A stretch of 32,000 nucleotides of DNA, from the sequence record NC_010821.1. One strand, given 5' to 3'. This DNA is from Pseudomonas phage 201phi2-1. A model generated the notes under the pieces. The model made no database searches and had not been told where the DNA came from. It saw only the letters and a list, made by a program, of their open reading frames with translations. Positions 1 to 7,425 of this stretch are shown one piece after another. How positions within the stretch are numbered: the first letter of the stretch is position 1; each line of letters begins with the position of its first letter. The position numbers and the translations under genes were made by a program.

Positions 1-20
1 CGCAAAGGTTAACGGCATAA

Positions 21-44
21 AGCCCCTCCTTGCCGGGAGGGGCT
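21..44 (+). terminator. Rho-independent terminator, AGCCCCTCC-ttgccg-GGAGGGGCT followed by TTATTATTTTG
   Basis: Perfect 9-bp inverted repeat at 21-29/36-44 followed by a T-rich stretch; preceded by AACGGCATAAAG. Confidence 0.85.
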
Positions 45-131
45 TTATTATTTTGTCTCTAACGAGACGGTATTAGATTCGCTCACTGGGGGTACCAGCT
101 ATGTAATTAATATCTTTCGGAGAACGTAATT

Positions 132-425
132 ATGCGTATCCAATACACAAACCCCCATAAGGGTCAGCGCTATGTAAATCAACCCAATGTCACCGCATGT
201 TATTTAATGCGAGAGACAGATCCTGACAATCAGTTATTCGTTAGTTTACCAGACGAACGAATAATTTTCGAGGCCATCAATTACGATGGCAAATCGTTAG
301 GTTATTTGGGTAGGTATGGCCTCACCCCTCACAAAGGTGAAGCCACGGTACAACAGGGTCACCAGAACTTAGTCCTATATGACTGTGATAACGTCAAATG
401 GATTAAGAAAGTAACCTTACACTGA
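132..425 (+). CDS. hypothetical protein (97 aa)
   Basis: Intact ORF with ATG at 132, upstream GGAG at about 119, and a noncoding hairpin downstream. Confidence 0.75.
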   Translation: MRIQYTNPHKGQRYVNQPNVTACYLMRETDPDNQLFVSLPDERIIFEAINYDGKSLGYLGRYGLTPHKGEATVQQGHQNLVLYDCDNVKWIKKVTLH

Positions 426-439
426 TCGTAGTGTTAACT

Positions 440-468
440 GTAGTGTGTTGGTCGAAACAACACACTAC
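440..468 (+). other. Intergenic hairpin, GTAGTGTGTTG-gtcgaaa-CAACACACTAC
   Basis: 11-bp perfect inverted repeat in the 425-538 gap. No immediate T-run, so it may be a processing or attenuation element rather than a standard terminator. Confidence 0.6.
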
Positions 469-537
469 TCTACATAAGATTGTATCTGATGTATTTTATT
501 TTCTTTATAGTTGTATTTTTATTTAAGGAGCAACAAC

Positions 538-1065
538 ATGACTAATGTAAATATGTCGACCATTGGCGGTATTTACGTACTGGCCTCGGAAGGTCTGTAT
601 GGTACCGAATACTGGACTGGCGGTAATGACTGGTCCTGTGACATCAATAATGCAACCCAGCTCGGTACCGGTGGTGCCATGCACTGGATTGCCAAGCTCA
701 CTGGTCGTGCTGTCAAAGTGAAGGCAGTCGAGATCGATGGTACTATTGACGTGATGCATTGGCCCGATATTGGTTGGGTTGTGGTTAACCATCGTGAATG
801 GCCAGTAACCGTACACCGGTTGTACATGGTGGGCAACTATGGTGAAGGCTGGTTCTTCGAGAACGAGGGTACCGTTGAGCGTAAGCTCTGCCGTAATCTC
901 GGTAACGGTACCTATCACGATATCACTGTCCGTGGTAAAGAGATCACTGGTTCGACCCTTCGCAGTGAAGGTGAGGCCTTTGAAAACTTCACTGCTTTCA
1001 ACATCCCCAACAAATCGAATCTGGTTTATCAGTTCGAGTTCGACCCTAAGCCAGTGGAGTTTTAA
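538..1065 (+). CDS. hypothetical protein (175 aa), C-terminus ...FDPKPVEF
   Basis: ATG at 538 preceded by AAGGAG; the track start at 511 is a TTG. Adjacent gene starts 1 nt after the stop. Confidence 0.8.
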   Translation: MTNVNMSTIGGIYVLASEGLYGTEYWTGGNDWSCDINNATQLGTGGAMHWIAKLTGRAVKVKAVEIDGTIDVMHWPDIGWVVVNHREWPVTVHRLYMVGNYGEGWFFENEGTVERKLCRNLGNGTYHDITVRGKEITGSTLRSEGEAFENFTAFNIPNKSNLVYQFEFDPKPVEF

Positions 1066-1066
1066 T

Positions 1067-1423
1067 ATGACCGAATACTATCCTACCCTAAAGGAGGTAC
1101 TCGAGTTATTGGGGGAGGATTGTATTCTTGTTGGGTCCGCTACATGGAAACCTGAAGCTGAATGCAAAGACTTTGATTTCGTTATTAACGATATCGGTGT
1201 TACTCGACTACTCGAGCACTACGGATACTATATTTATCAGGAAGCTGACACTTGGTGGCAATATATACCAATTGACAGCGCTGGCAAATGTGTTGATTTT
1301 TTCCTCGGGTTATGTAATATCGTTGACAAATCAAAGTTCCACCTTCGCCTGACTTATGAACAAGCTTCCGAATTACCATTGACAATTAAAGTCATTGGTG
1401 GCGTGGAAGTACTATCCATTTAA
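1067..1423 (+). CDS. putative nucleotidyltransferase-fold protein (118 aa)
   Basis: ATG at 1067 inside track ORF 839..1423, after AAAGG... context of the upstream gene end. Motif LVGSATWKPEAECKDFDFVIND (G23-S24, D35-x-D37) followed by GKCVDFF (D77) resembles the hGS...DxD...D pattern of the pol-beta/MNT nucleotidyltransferase superfamily. Confidence 0.5.
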   Translation: MTEYYPTLKEVLELLGEDCILVGSATWKPEAECKDFDFVINDIGVTRLLEHYGYYIYQEADTWWQYIPIDSAGKCVDFFLGLCNIVDKSKFHLRLTYEQASELPLTIKVIGGVEVLSI

Positions 1424-1436
1424 GAGGAGCTTTAAT

Positions 1437-1949
1437 ATGGACATGCAAAAACTGTTTGAAATGATCAGCCGTGTTGCAGATACCTCCAATGCATTACTGA
1501 TCCCAGATCGCAGTGTCATCGTCAGTTGGATCAAAGCCACTGAAGAGCCTGAAATGTTCTTCGGTATCCCTCAACTCTGGGATATCATCGATACCTTGCG
1601 TGAGAGTACTTACTCCACGGTGAGTGAAAAACGTTCGATGACCAAAGAAGCCCTGCGCCTGATCGTTCAAGAACTCATTGAACGTCGTGGTCTGGATCTG
1701 ATGTACCGATTCCCTAATGTGGGCGCTTCTCTGCATGTAGGGGTTGTAGTACGTGATACCCACACTGGTAGCGAGGCCATCTACGGTATCCGTGATGTCA
1801 ATCCTGACGGTGAACCAACTTGGGAATACCTCCCAATTGACCACTCACGTTTCTTCGACGTCATCCAATGGCGAATGAATCATGCGTGCCGCCAAAGTAT
1901 TTACGGCTGGCATGATCCGATCCACATCAACAAACCACTGGAGTTTTAA
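1437..1949 (+). CDS. hypothetical protein (170 aa), C-terminus ...HINKPLEF
   Basis: ATG at 1437 preceded by AGAGGAGC; the track start at 1395 is upstream of the real RBS/start. Confidence 0.8.
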   Translation: MDMQKLFEMISRVADTSNALLIPDRSVIVSWIKATEEPEMFFGIPQLWDIIDTLRESTYSTVSEKRSMTKEALRLIVQELIERRGLDLMYRFPNVGASLHVGVVVRDTHTGSEAIYGIRDVNPDGEPTWEYLPIDHSRFFDVIQWRMNHACRQSIYGWHDPIHINKPLEF

Positions 1950-1951
1950 AT

Positions 1952-2560
1952 ATGCAATCCATCGCTAAAGCAGTAGGTTCCGTTACCTTCCCAGAATACA
2001 CCGGTGCACAAGTGTACATGGTTGAAGCTACTCCTGAAACCGTAGCGGATGTCGCCCCGGCTCAGTACGTGGCCATGATCATCCAATCGATCAAAGACGC
2101 TATGATTGCAGCGGGTACAAAGTTCTTCCTGACTATTGACGAGCGTGAAGTTCAGGAAGGTACCGCGCATCGCCGTGGTGGTGCACACATTGACGGCAAC
2201 TTCCTCTATGGTTGGGGTGGTGGCGGTGGTAATGGTTGGCTGAATGGCGTACCGGGCCGTATCCTCACACCAGAACAACACTCTGCTCAGTACCTCTCAG
2301 AAATGGGTGGTACTATTATCGCTACCAACTACCCAGGTTGCAAGGTCTGGTCCGGTAGCTATAATAGCGAACCAGGGCGTGGTGGTAGCTGTGAACACTT
2401 CCGTGACGAACTGGAAACCATGGATCAGTTCACCATGGAACCCAATAAAGCATACCTGATGAACTCGACCTGTGTGCATCAGTCGATGCCATTGGATCGT
2501 ACGGTTAAACGTCAACTCGTTCGACTCACTCTGGACAACACTGTTCAAGTAACGCAATAA
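1952..2560 (+). CDS. putative 2-oxoglutarate/Fe(II)-dependent oxygenase-like protein (202 aa)
   Basis: Intact ORF 2 nt after the previous stop. RRGGAHIDGNF (H79-x-D81) and STCVHQSMPLDRTVKRQLVRLTL (H176, R187 or R191) match the HxD...H...R/K arrangement of the prolyl-4-hydroxylase-like DSBH fold. Confidence 0.5.
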   Translation: MQSIAKAVGSVTFPEYTGAQVYMVEATPETVADVAPAQYVAMIIQSIKDAMIAAGTKFFLTIDEREVQEGTAHRRGGAHIDGNFLYGWGGGGGNGWLNGVPGRILTPEQHSAQYLSEMGGTIIATNYPGCKVWSGSYNSEPGRGGSCEHFRDELETMDQFTMEPNKAYLMNSTCVHQSMPLDRTVKRQLVRLTLDNTVQVTQ

Positions 2561-2581
2561 TTTCAACCAAGGAGTAACAAC

Positions 2582-2857
2582 ATGATCCCGTACGACAAAC
2601 TGGAACAATTCGTAACCACTGCCGCTCGTGACAATGCTCGTCAATGGGTAGCTGAAAACGTTACTGGTGATGCCGGCACCAAAAAGGTTGCCGAAATCAT
2701 CGTAGCTAAAAAGATCGAAGAGATCGTGCGTAACCCAGCGAATGAGAACTACGGGTTCCGTGTTGCTCATCTGTATCTCATGAACTGCACGTTCGACGGT
2801 AACAAACTGATCCACACCGACAAACCACTGGAACCATTTTCATTTATCAAGGAGTAA
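2582..2857 (+). CDS. hypothetical protein (91 aa), C-terminus ...HTDKPLEPFSFIKE
   Basis: Intact ORF, ATG at 2582 preceded by AAGGAG. Confidence 0.8.
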   Translation: MIPYDKLEQFVTTAARDNARQWVAENVTGDAGTKKVAEIIVAKKIEEIVRNPANENYGFRVAHLYLMNCTFDGNKLIHTDKPLEPFSFIKE

Positions 2858-2861
2858 TAAC

Positions 2862-3362
2862 ATGTTCTTCAAAGAAAACTACAGCTTCGAATTGGGTACT
2901 TTCGCTTCTCACGTGGCGGTGGTTGAACATATCCGTGAAGCAGCCGACGATCCTGTCCAGTTTGACCGTTTCCTGGCGTCGTACAACACCGGTGACCAGA
3001 ACACCCTCAAAGCGGTCGAAGACTTTACGATGCTCGATCTGAACTATCTCTGGGCACTCAATCTGGAGGTGGGTGTTCAATCGATGGCGATTTATCGTCA
3101 CGGTGTTGATACACCGATTGTGGTAATTGAAGAGCGTATGGCGTGGGCTGGTACATCGGAACATACCCACATGGCTGAGTTCGTCAGTCACCACACCGGT
3201 AAGTCGAAGGCACTTCAACGTAAGTTGGGAGCGGAGTTCATTCTCAAGCAACTGAACCTCCTTTCGATCCGTTCTCTCGAAGCTCAGGTCCGTGAAGTTC
3301 GTAAGCACGATGAGACCGGTTGGGCTACTTGTGCATTGGCAACCATCGACGCAGGGAAATAA
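2862..3362 (+). CDS. hypothetical protein (166 aa)
   Basis: Intact ORF preceded by AAGGAG, tightly spaced in the same operon. Confidence 0.8.
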   Translation: MFFKENYSFELGTFASHVAVVEHIREAADDPVQFDRFLASYNTGDQNTLKAVEDFTMLDLNYLWALNLEVGVQSMAIYRHGVDTPIVVIEERMAWAGTSEHTHMAEFVSHHTGKSKALQRKLGAEFILKQLNLLSIRSLEAQVREVRKHDETGWATCALATIDAGK

Positions 3363-3363
3363 C

Positions 3364-3651
3364 ATGGCTACTGAATGGACTGCACCAGTAAGTACTCCAA
3401 CTGAATTGTTCATTGCCTTCGCAAATGACGAGAAATCGTTCGGCGATATCTTCAGTGCATGCATCGCGCATTTCGGTTCCGATGTACCATTGGACCAACT
3501 GCGTATCTCTTACGTTCAGTGGGAACATCAACGTGATTGTCATTGCTGTCCACTGGCTTCAGTCCAGTATGGCGATTACTATCGCATCGAACTCGTCTCT
3601 GAAAAATGTGAAGAGACTCCACCATGCACACTCGCTCAACTGACTACGTGA
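3364..3651 (+). CDS. hypothetical protein (95 aa)
   Basis: ATG at 3364, 1 nt after the upstream stop; track start 3292 overlaps the previous gene. Confidence 0.7.
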   Translation: MATEWTAPVSTPTELFIAFANDEKSFGDIFSACIAHFGSDVPLDQLRISYVQWEHQRDCHCCPLASVQYGDYYRIELVSEKCEETPPCTLAQLTT

Positions 3652-3743
3652 AATACGATTTGGGCACCACCGTCATCCTTTGGGGGCTAGGTATTGGCCT
3701 AGCCGGTGGCTTTATCTACAACTTAATAAAGGACTTCCTATGA
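3624..3743 (+). CDS. small single-pass membrane protein candidate (39 aa), MHTRSTDYVKYDLGTTVILWGLGIGLAGGFIYNLIKDFL
   Basis: Read manually; below the track length cutoff. Overlaps the previous gene by 28 nt and the next start by ATGA (3740-3743). Encodes a clear hydrophobic segment TTVILWGLGIGLAGGFIYNLI. Confidence 0.6.
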   Translation: MHTRSTDYVKYDLGTTVILWGLGIGLAGGFIYNLIKDFL

Positions 3744-4093
3744 ACACTGCTGAAACTATTCGTCAAATCCACATCGATCGCGATAAAGAGCTTTTCGATC
3801 ACATTGTGGCTGAAATCATGCCGAAGCTGGCTGACCGCGAATGGTTGTTGGACCATCGTAACTACAATCGTTATGACGATGGCGAGATTACCTATTCCTT
3901 CAGGGTTAGTGATATCATCGCCAGTGTCATCGGTCCGAGTGAACGTACCTACGCTTCTACTCAGCTCAACAATCTCATTTACGGACATTTTAATGAGCTG
4001 GGTTTCGTTGCTCGGATCACCAGCGTTAATGAACTCACTCTGAAGACTCCTCCGATGGCGTCAATCGATGAGGACATTGACGATGCTGCGTAA
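3740..4093 (+). CDS. hypothetical protein (117 aa)
   Basis: ATG at 3740 in frame with track ORF 3680..4093; start overlaps the upstream small ORF stop, and AAAGGAC lies upstream. Confidence 0.75.
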   Translation: MNTAETIRQIHIDRDKELFDHIVAEIMPKLADREWLLDHRNYNRYDDGEITYSFRVSDIIASVIGPSERTYASTQLNNLIYGHFNELGFVARITSVNELTLKTPPMASIDEDIDDAA

Positions 4094-4451
4094 ACTCTAC
4101 GGTCGTTGGCTGGCAAATCAAATCGAGAAAGTGCTTCATTCAGGTGACTACAATTACCTGCGTCCGTACATGTGCCACGCTGTTCGAAAGGTTCTGCCTT
4201 TCCCAGTATGTTTATTGGTGAACGCGCACATCACACGTGTCCTTGCCAGTAATGACACACTACACGGACATATCGCCATGAGATTCCCTGACTTCTTCCG
4301 CTGGGATTGGGCGCAACGAGAACCAGTGCATCGGCAGTTCTGGATCTACATGTGCGATGCTTTGCGTCAAGGTCATTTCGACTATGGTAAGATCCCCAAC
4401 CTCTATGACCTACGTTTGGTCGGAGCTGACCGGATCGATATTACGGTCTAA
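4083..4451 (+). CDS. hypothetical protein (122 aa)
   Basis: ATG at 4083 in frame with track ORF 4068..4451, overlapping the end of the previous gene. Confidence 0.7.
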   Translation: MLRKLYGRWLANQIEKVLHSGDYNYLRPYMCHAVRKVLPFPVCLLVNAHITRVLASNDTLHGHIAMRFPDFFRWDWAQREPVHRQFWIYMCDALRQGHFDYGKIPNLYDLRLVGADRIDITV

Positions 4452-4467
4452 CTAAATAGGAGTTAAC

Positions 4468-4677
4468 ATGAAAGTTTATACTGGTCCATTTGGTCATTAC
4501 AACGCTGGTAGTGTCGGTGCTGTTCTGAACGCGCTGTGTGAACAAGAAGGTCGTTCCTGTGGTGTGGTTGGTAACTACGTCATCGGTAACGGTAAAGTAA
4601 TGCAGAACGGCTTGAACGAGCGGGTTGTTGCTACCTTTGTATGGGATGGCGATGATATCAAGTTCACCTGGCTGTAA
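4468..4677 (+). CDS. hypothetical protein (69 aa), glycine-rich
   Basis: Intact ORF preceded by TAGGAG; downstream strong hairpin. Confidence 0.75.
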   Translation: MKVYTGPFGHYNAGSVGAVLNALCEQEGRSCGVVGNYVIGNGKVMQNGLNERVVATFVWDGDDIKFTWL

Positions 4678-4691
4678 CGGCATAAAGGAGA

Positions 4692-4721
4692 AGCTCACTG
4701 GGGCACTACTCCCAGTGAGCT
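4692..4721 (+). other. Hairpin AGCTCACTGGG-N8-CCCAGTGAGCT
   Basis: 11-bp perfect inverted repeat just after the operon end, preceded by AACGGCATAAAG; no T-run follows. Confidence 0.65.
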
Positions 4722-4874
4722 AACCGTCGTCTAGGATTAGTGGTCCTGTCCAACGGGTTGACTGCTTAACGTTCAATTCAATTGAATCCCCTCGTGGGAC
4801 CAATTTTCAATCCAGTCTTACAGTCTGGTACGATACAATCATTCACATATAATCTACGCAGGAGTAAACTTTTA

Positions 4875-5150
4875 ATGAATACCCCAGCATCAACCTGCTC
4901 CATTGGCGTTGTAACTCAAGAAGTCTATTCCGATTTCGATATGACTCGTGTACTGCGCGAGTTGAAAGAAGCGATGCGTAAGGGTAATCAATCACGCACG
5001 TTCCACCGCAATGACGATCCAGCGTCGGATAAAGCTGGTGAGTTGCATCCAATGCAGGCGGCCCGACTGGCATACAACGGCTGGACTGTCGAGCGTAGCT
5101 TCAGTGCCTATACCGTGAGTGGCTGGGCGATTCGCGATAAAGAAGAATGA
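4875..5150 (+). CDS. hypothetical protein (91 aa)
   Basis: ATG at 4875 after CAGGAGTAAACTTTTA; in frame with track ORF 4782..5150. Confidence 0.75.
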   Translation: MNTPASTCSIGVVTQEVYSDFDMTRVLRELKEAMRKGNQSRTFHRNDDPASDKAGELHPMQAARLAYNGWTVERSFSAYTVSGWAIRDKEE

Positions 5151-5156
5151 CATAAA

Positions 5157-5176
5157 GCCTCTCCTTCGGGAGAGGC
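5157..5176. terminator. Convergent terminator GCCTCTCC-ttcg-GGAGAGGC
   Basis: 8-bp perfect stem with TTCG tetraloop, flanked by CATAAAG and by TATGTTGTTTATTTTTTT; lies between convergent genes. Confidence 0.9.
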
Positions 5177-5193
5177 CTATGTTGTTTATTTTT

Positions 5194-6339
5194 TTACTTC
5201 TCTTGGCCCATACGGCTGAACATTTTCATGATACCGTAGGTTACCTCAGTAACGTGTTTAATAGTGTTAGCTGCAAGTTCCAATACTGGCGACGCAGCTT
5301 TCTCAATATTACCACGTTTGTCATCAGGTAACCCTTTGATGAACTTTGTCAGTTCGTCAACGTCTTTCTCAAGTTTGGCCATTACTGGACCGAGACCCTT
5401 AACCTTCTCGATTACTTGACCGAAGGTTTTAGTCGACTCAGGAATAACAGTCAGCTCGTCACCTTTACCGCCACGATAATTTTTGTTTACCAGTGCGTAG
5501 GCCAGATGGATAGGCCAGTCAGTGGAAGTCCACTCTTTCATCGGAGCGTCAACATCGATTTCTTCAAAGTAAGCACGACCGTCTTTTACTTTAACGGTGG
5601 TGTTGTTCATCAGCATGATATTCAAGAACTTAGACAGAGCTTTACCGTCTGCACCATTCTCAGCCATCTTGCGTACTTTACCCATACCTTCGGCGATCAA
5701 TGCCTCGAGATCCTTGATACCTTTAATCTCCATGTCGAACTGGGACATGTCCATGAGCTCATTACGCATATGGAATAACTGCCAGGCCTCTTTCTGGTTA
5801 ACCAGAACGATTCGATTTTTTGTATTATGCATGTTACTCTTAATGGCGTTCAACTTACCAAGAGCCTGTTTGTAATTGGACATCATGGTGCCAACCGATT
5901 CATCTACCCGATCAGCATAACCTTCCAGGCTACCAACTGCTGTGCTACGGATATGATCAGCGTGTTCACGGATAGCACGAGTGAACCGACGCACGCCACC
6001 TTTGGTATTTTTAAACTCTTCCATAGAGTGGCTATGTGGCCATCCACCGAGAGTAGATAGTTGAGTAAAGATACGTTTATACGATTCCAGTGCTGGTGCA
6101 GTGGTAATACCATCGGCATCTTCAGCCAATGCATCTAGTTGTTCAGCTACGTCTACGGAGTCAACGATCGGATCAAGAGATACATCCGGTGTATCAATAA
6201 CTTCAGTAATGGTGTTATCGATTACCTGGTCACCTTCAATGACACATTCTGGTGGGATAGTGTTCATGAACTCTTCGATTGCTACTTGTTCAGCGGTCTT
6301 ACCTGCTTTCGGTTTATACAGTGGGTTGGTCTTTGCCAT
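5194..6339 (-). CDS. helical phage protein of unknown function (381 aa), possibly head/internal structural
   Basis: Intact ORF with an acidic N-terminal region and charged helical C-terminal region; genomic context only for the structural suggestion. Confidence 0.8.
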   Translation of the reverse strand: MAKTNPLYKPKAGKTAEQVAIEEFMNTIPPECVIEGDQVIDNTITEVIDTPDVSLDPIVDSVDVAEQLDALAEDADGITTAPALESYKRIFTQLSTLGGWPHSHSMEEFKNTKGGVRRFTRAIREHADHIRSTAVGSLEGYADRVDESVGTMMSNYKQALGKLNAIKSNMHNTKNRIVLVNQKEAWQLFHMRNELMDMSQFDMEIKGIKDLEALIAEGMGKVRKMAENGADGKALSKFLNIMLMNNTTVKVKDGRAYFEEIDVDAPMKEWTSTDWPIHLAYALVNKNYRGGKGDELTVIPESTKTFGQVIEKVKGLGPVMAKLEKDVDELTKFIKGLPDDKRGNIEKAASPVLELAANTIKHVTEVTYGIMKMFSRMGQEK

Positions 6340-6555
6340 TTCTAAGGTACCTTATAATCTTTAGTTATTTAGCCTGATCAGGGCTGGATATTACAACATA
6401 ACATTGAATTAAAATACTTGATATGCCAACACTGTGTATAAACCCCTACTAAAAGCATAGGATCGCCCGTAGGGCCTTTATTTCTTAATTAACAGATATT
6501 GCGATAGCAATACAACATTGCTTTACTAGCGTAAGCTTAACTACAGTAACGATAA

Positions 6556-6577
6556 GCCCTCTCACAACAGAGAGGGC
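6556..6577. terminator. Hairpin GCCCTCT-N8-AGAGGGC in the 6340-6644 intergenic region
   Basis: 7-bp perfect inverted repeat; reverse strand continues TTATCG. Confidence 0.5.
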
Positions 6578-6622
6578 ATTTATGACGTTAATTACAATGC
6601 TCTCTGCAAGAGGGAATAAAGC

Positions 6623-6638
6623 CCTCCCCTAAGGGAGG
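6623..6638 (-). terminator. Terminator for the leftward genes, CCTCCC-ttag-GGGAGG followed on the minus strand by GCTTTATT
   Basis: Inverted repeat with a short T-rich tail on the minus strand, just downstream of the stop at 6645. Confidence 0.7.
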
Positions 6639-6644
6639 ACTAGG

Positions 6645-7037
6645 TTATGAACTTACTTCATTGTAGTAATCACGTTTGATCGTATCAAAGTAAGGATCAC
6701 TAACATTCAACTCATGGTCCATGAACAAGGTAGAGTAATTACCTACATCTATTTGATCGTGACTCCAATCTGGATGTGACATACTTTTCTGAACAACCTC
6801 GATCAAAATGCTGTGCATCAAATAGAGTCTTTGCTTAGCTAGATTGAAAGAGTTATAAGTGGAGTAGTCTGTAGGACCCCACCCTTCGATTTCAGCGACG
6901 TATTCAGTAATAGCCGTCATTATACGGATAACGTTCTGTTCAGCCGCGTAAACGATTATGGAGTCACCCTGACGGTATTTGACTCGATGCTTAAGGGTCG
7001 CTATAACTTTTTCTGCAAAGTGGTCAACATTAGCCAT
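6645..7037 (-). CDS. hypothetical protein (130 aa), member A of a putative tandem paralog triplet
   Basis: Intact ORF; DSIIVYAAEQNVIRIMTAITEY and STLFMDHEL segments. Confidence 0.8.
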   Translation of the reverse strand: MANVDHFAEKVIATLKHRVKYRQGDSIIVYAAEQNVIRIMTAITEYVAEIEGWGPTDYSTYNSFNLAKQRLYLMHSILIEVVQKSMSHPDWSHDQIDVGNYSTLFMDHELNVSDPYFDTIKRDYYNEVSS

Positions 7038-7041
7038 TAGG

Positions 7042-7425
7042 TTACTTCCTCTTTAAAGGTTTAGGGAAATCATGATCGATGAATATGCGATTGTATTGGG
7101 TTACACTACTAAGTGCCGTAAATCGATCTATAGCGTCTTGTACGACGTGGTTATCCACATCAATGCGAATGAACTGCCAACGCTTAGAAGTCTTAGTCAG
7201 TTCATTAAATTGTTTCTCATAGGACTGACCGTTACCGGCATTAGGATACATATACCCGAGTAACAGTTTAAACAGATCCTCACGGTTACCGGCATTTACC
7301 ATAACCAGTATCAGTAATCCATACTTAGCGCTGTTGTGTTCAGTAACGGCCTCGAATACCTTAGTGGCCAGTTTCTCAATATGCTTACGCATAAACCGAT
7401 TCCTCATAGTCAAAGATGATGGCAC
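7042..7425 (-). CDS. hypothetical protein (up to 127 aa), member B of a putative tandem paralog triplet
   Basis: Intact ORF; YGLLILVMVNAGNREDLFKLLLGYM and NRIFIDHDF segments. The true start may be the internal Met at codon 7 or 13. Confidence 0.75.
   Translation of the reverse strand: MPSSLTMRNRFMRKHIEKLATKVFEAVTEHNSAKYGLLILVMVNAGNREDLFKLLLGYMYPNAGNGQSYEKQFNELTKTSKRWQFIRIDVDNHVVQDAIDRFTALSSVTQYNRIFIDHDFPKPLKRK

Noticed and set aside
523-918. Minus-strand ORFs (131 and 87 aa) opposite 538-1065
   Set aside because: Overlap a well-supported plus-strand gene with RBS and tight operon spacing.
2847-3464. 205-aa minus-strand ORF
   Set aside because: Crosses two plus-strand genes (2862-3362 and 3364-3651) with clear starts; no independent support.
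4741-4802. Possible tRNA suggested by TGGTCC...GGACCA ends and a TTCAATT loop-like string
   Set aside because: Enclosed length is about 62 nt, and no proper D-, anticodon and T-arm set can be drawn; retained only as a structured gap.
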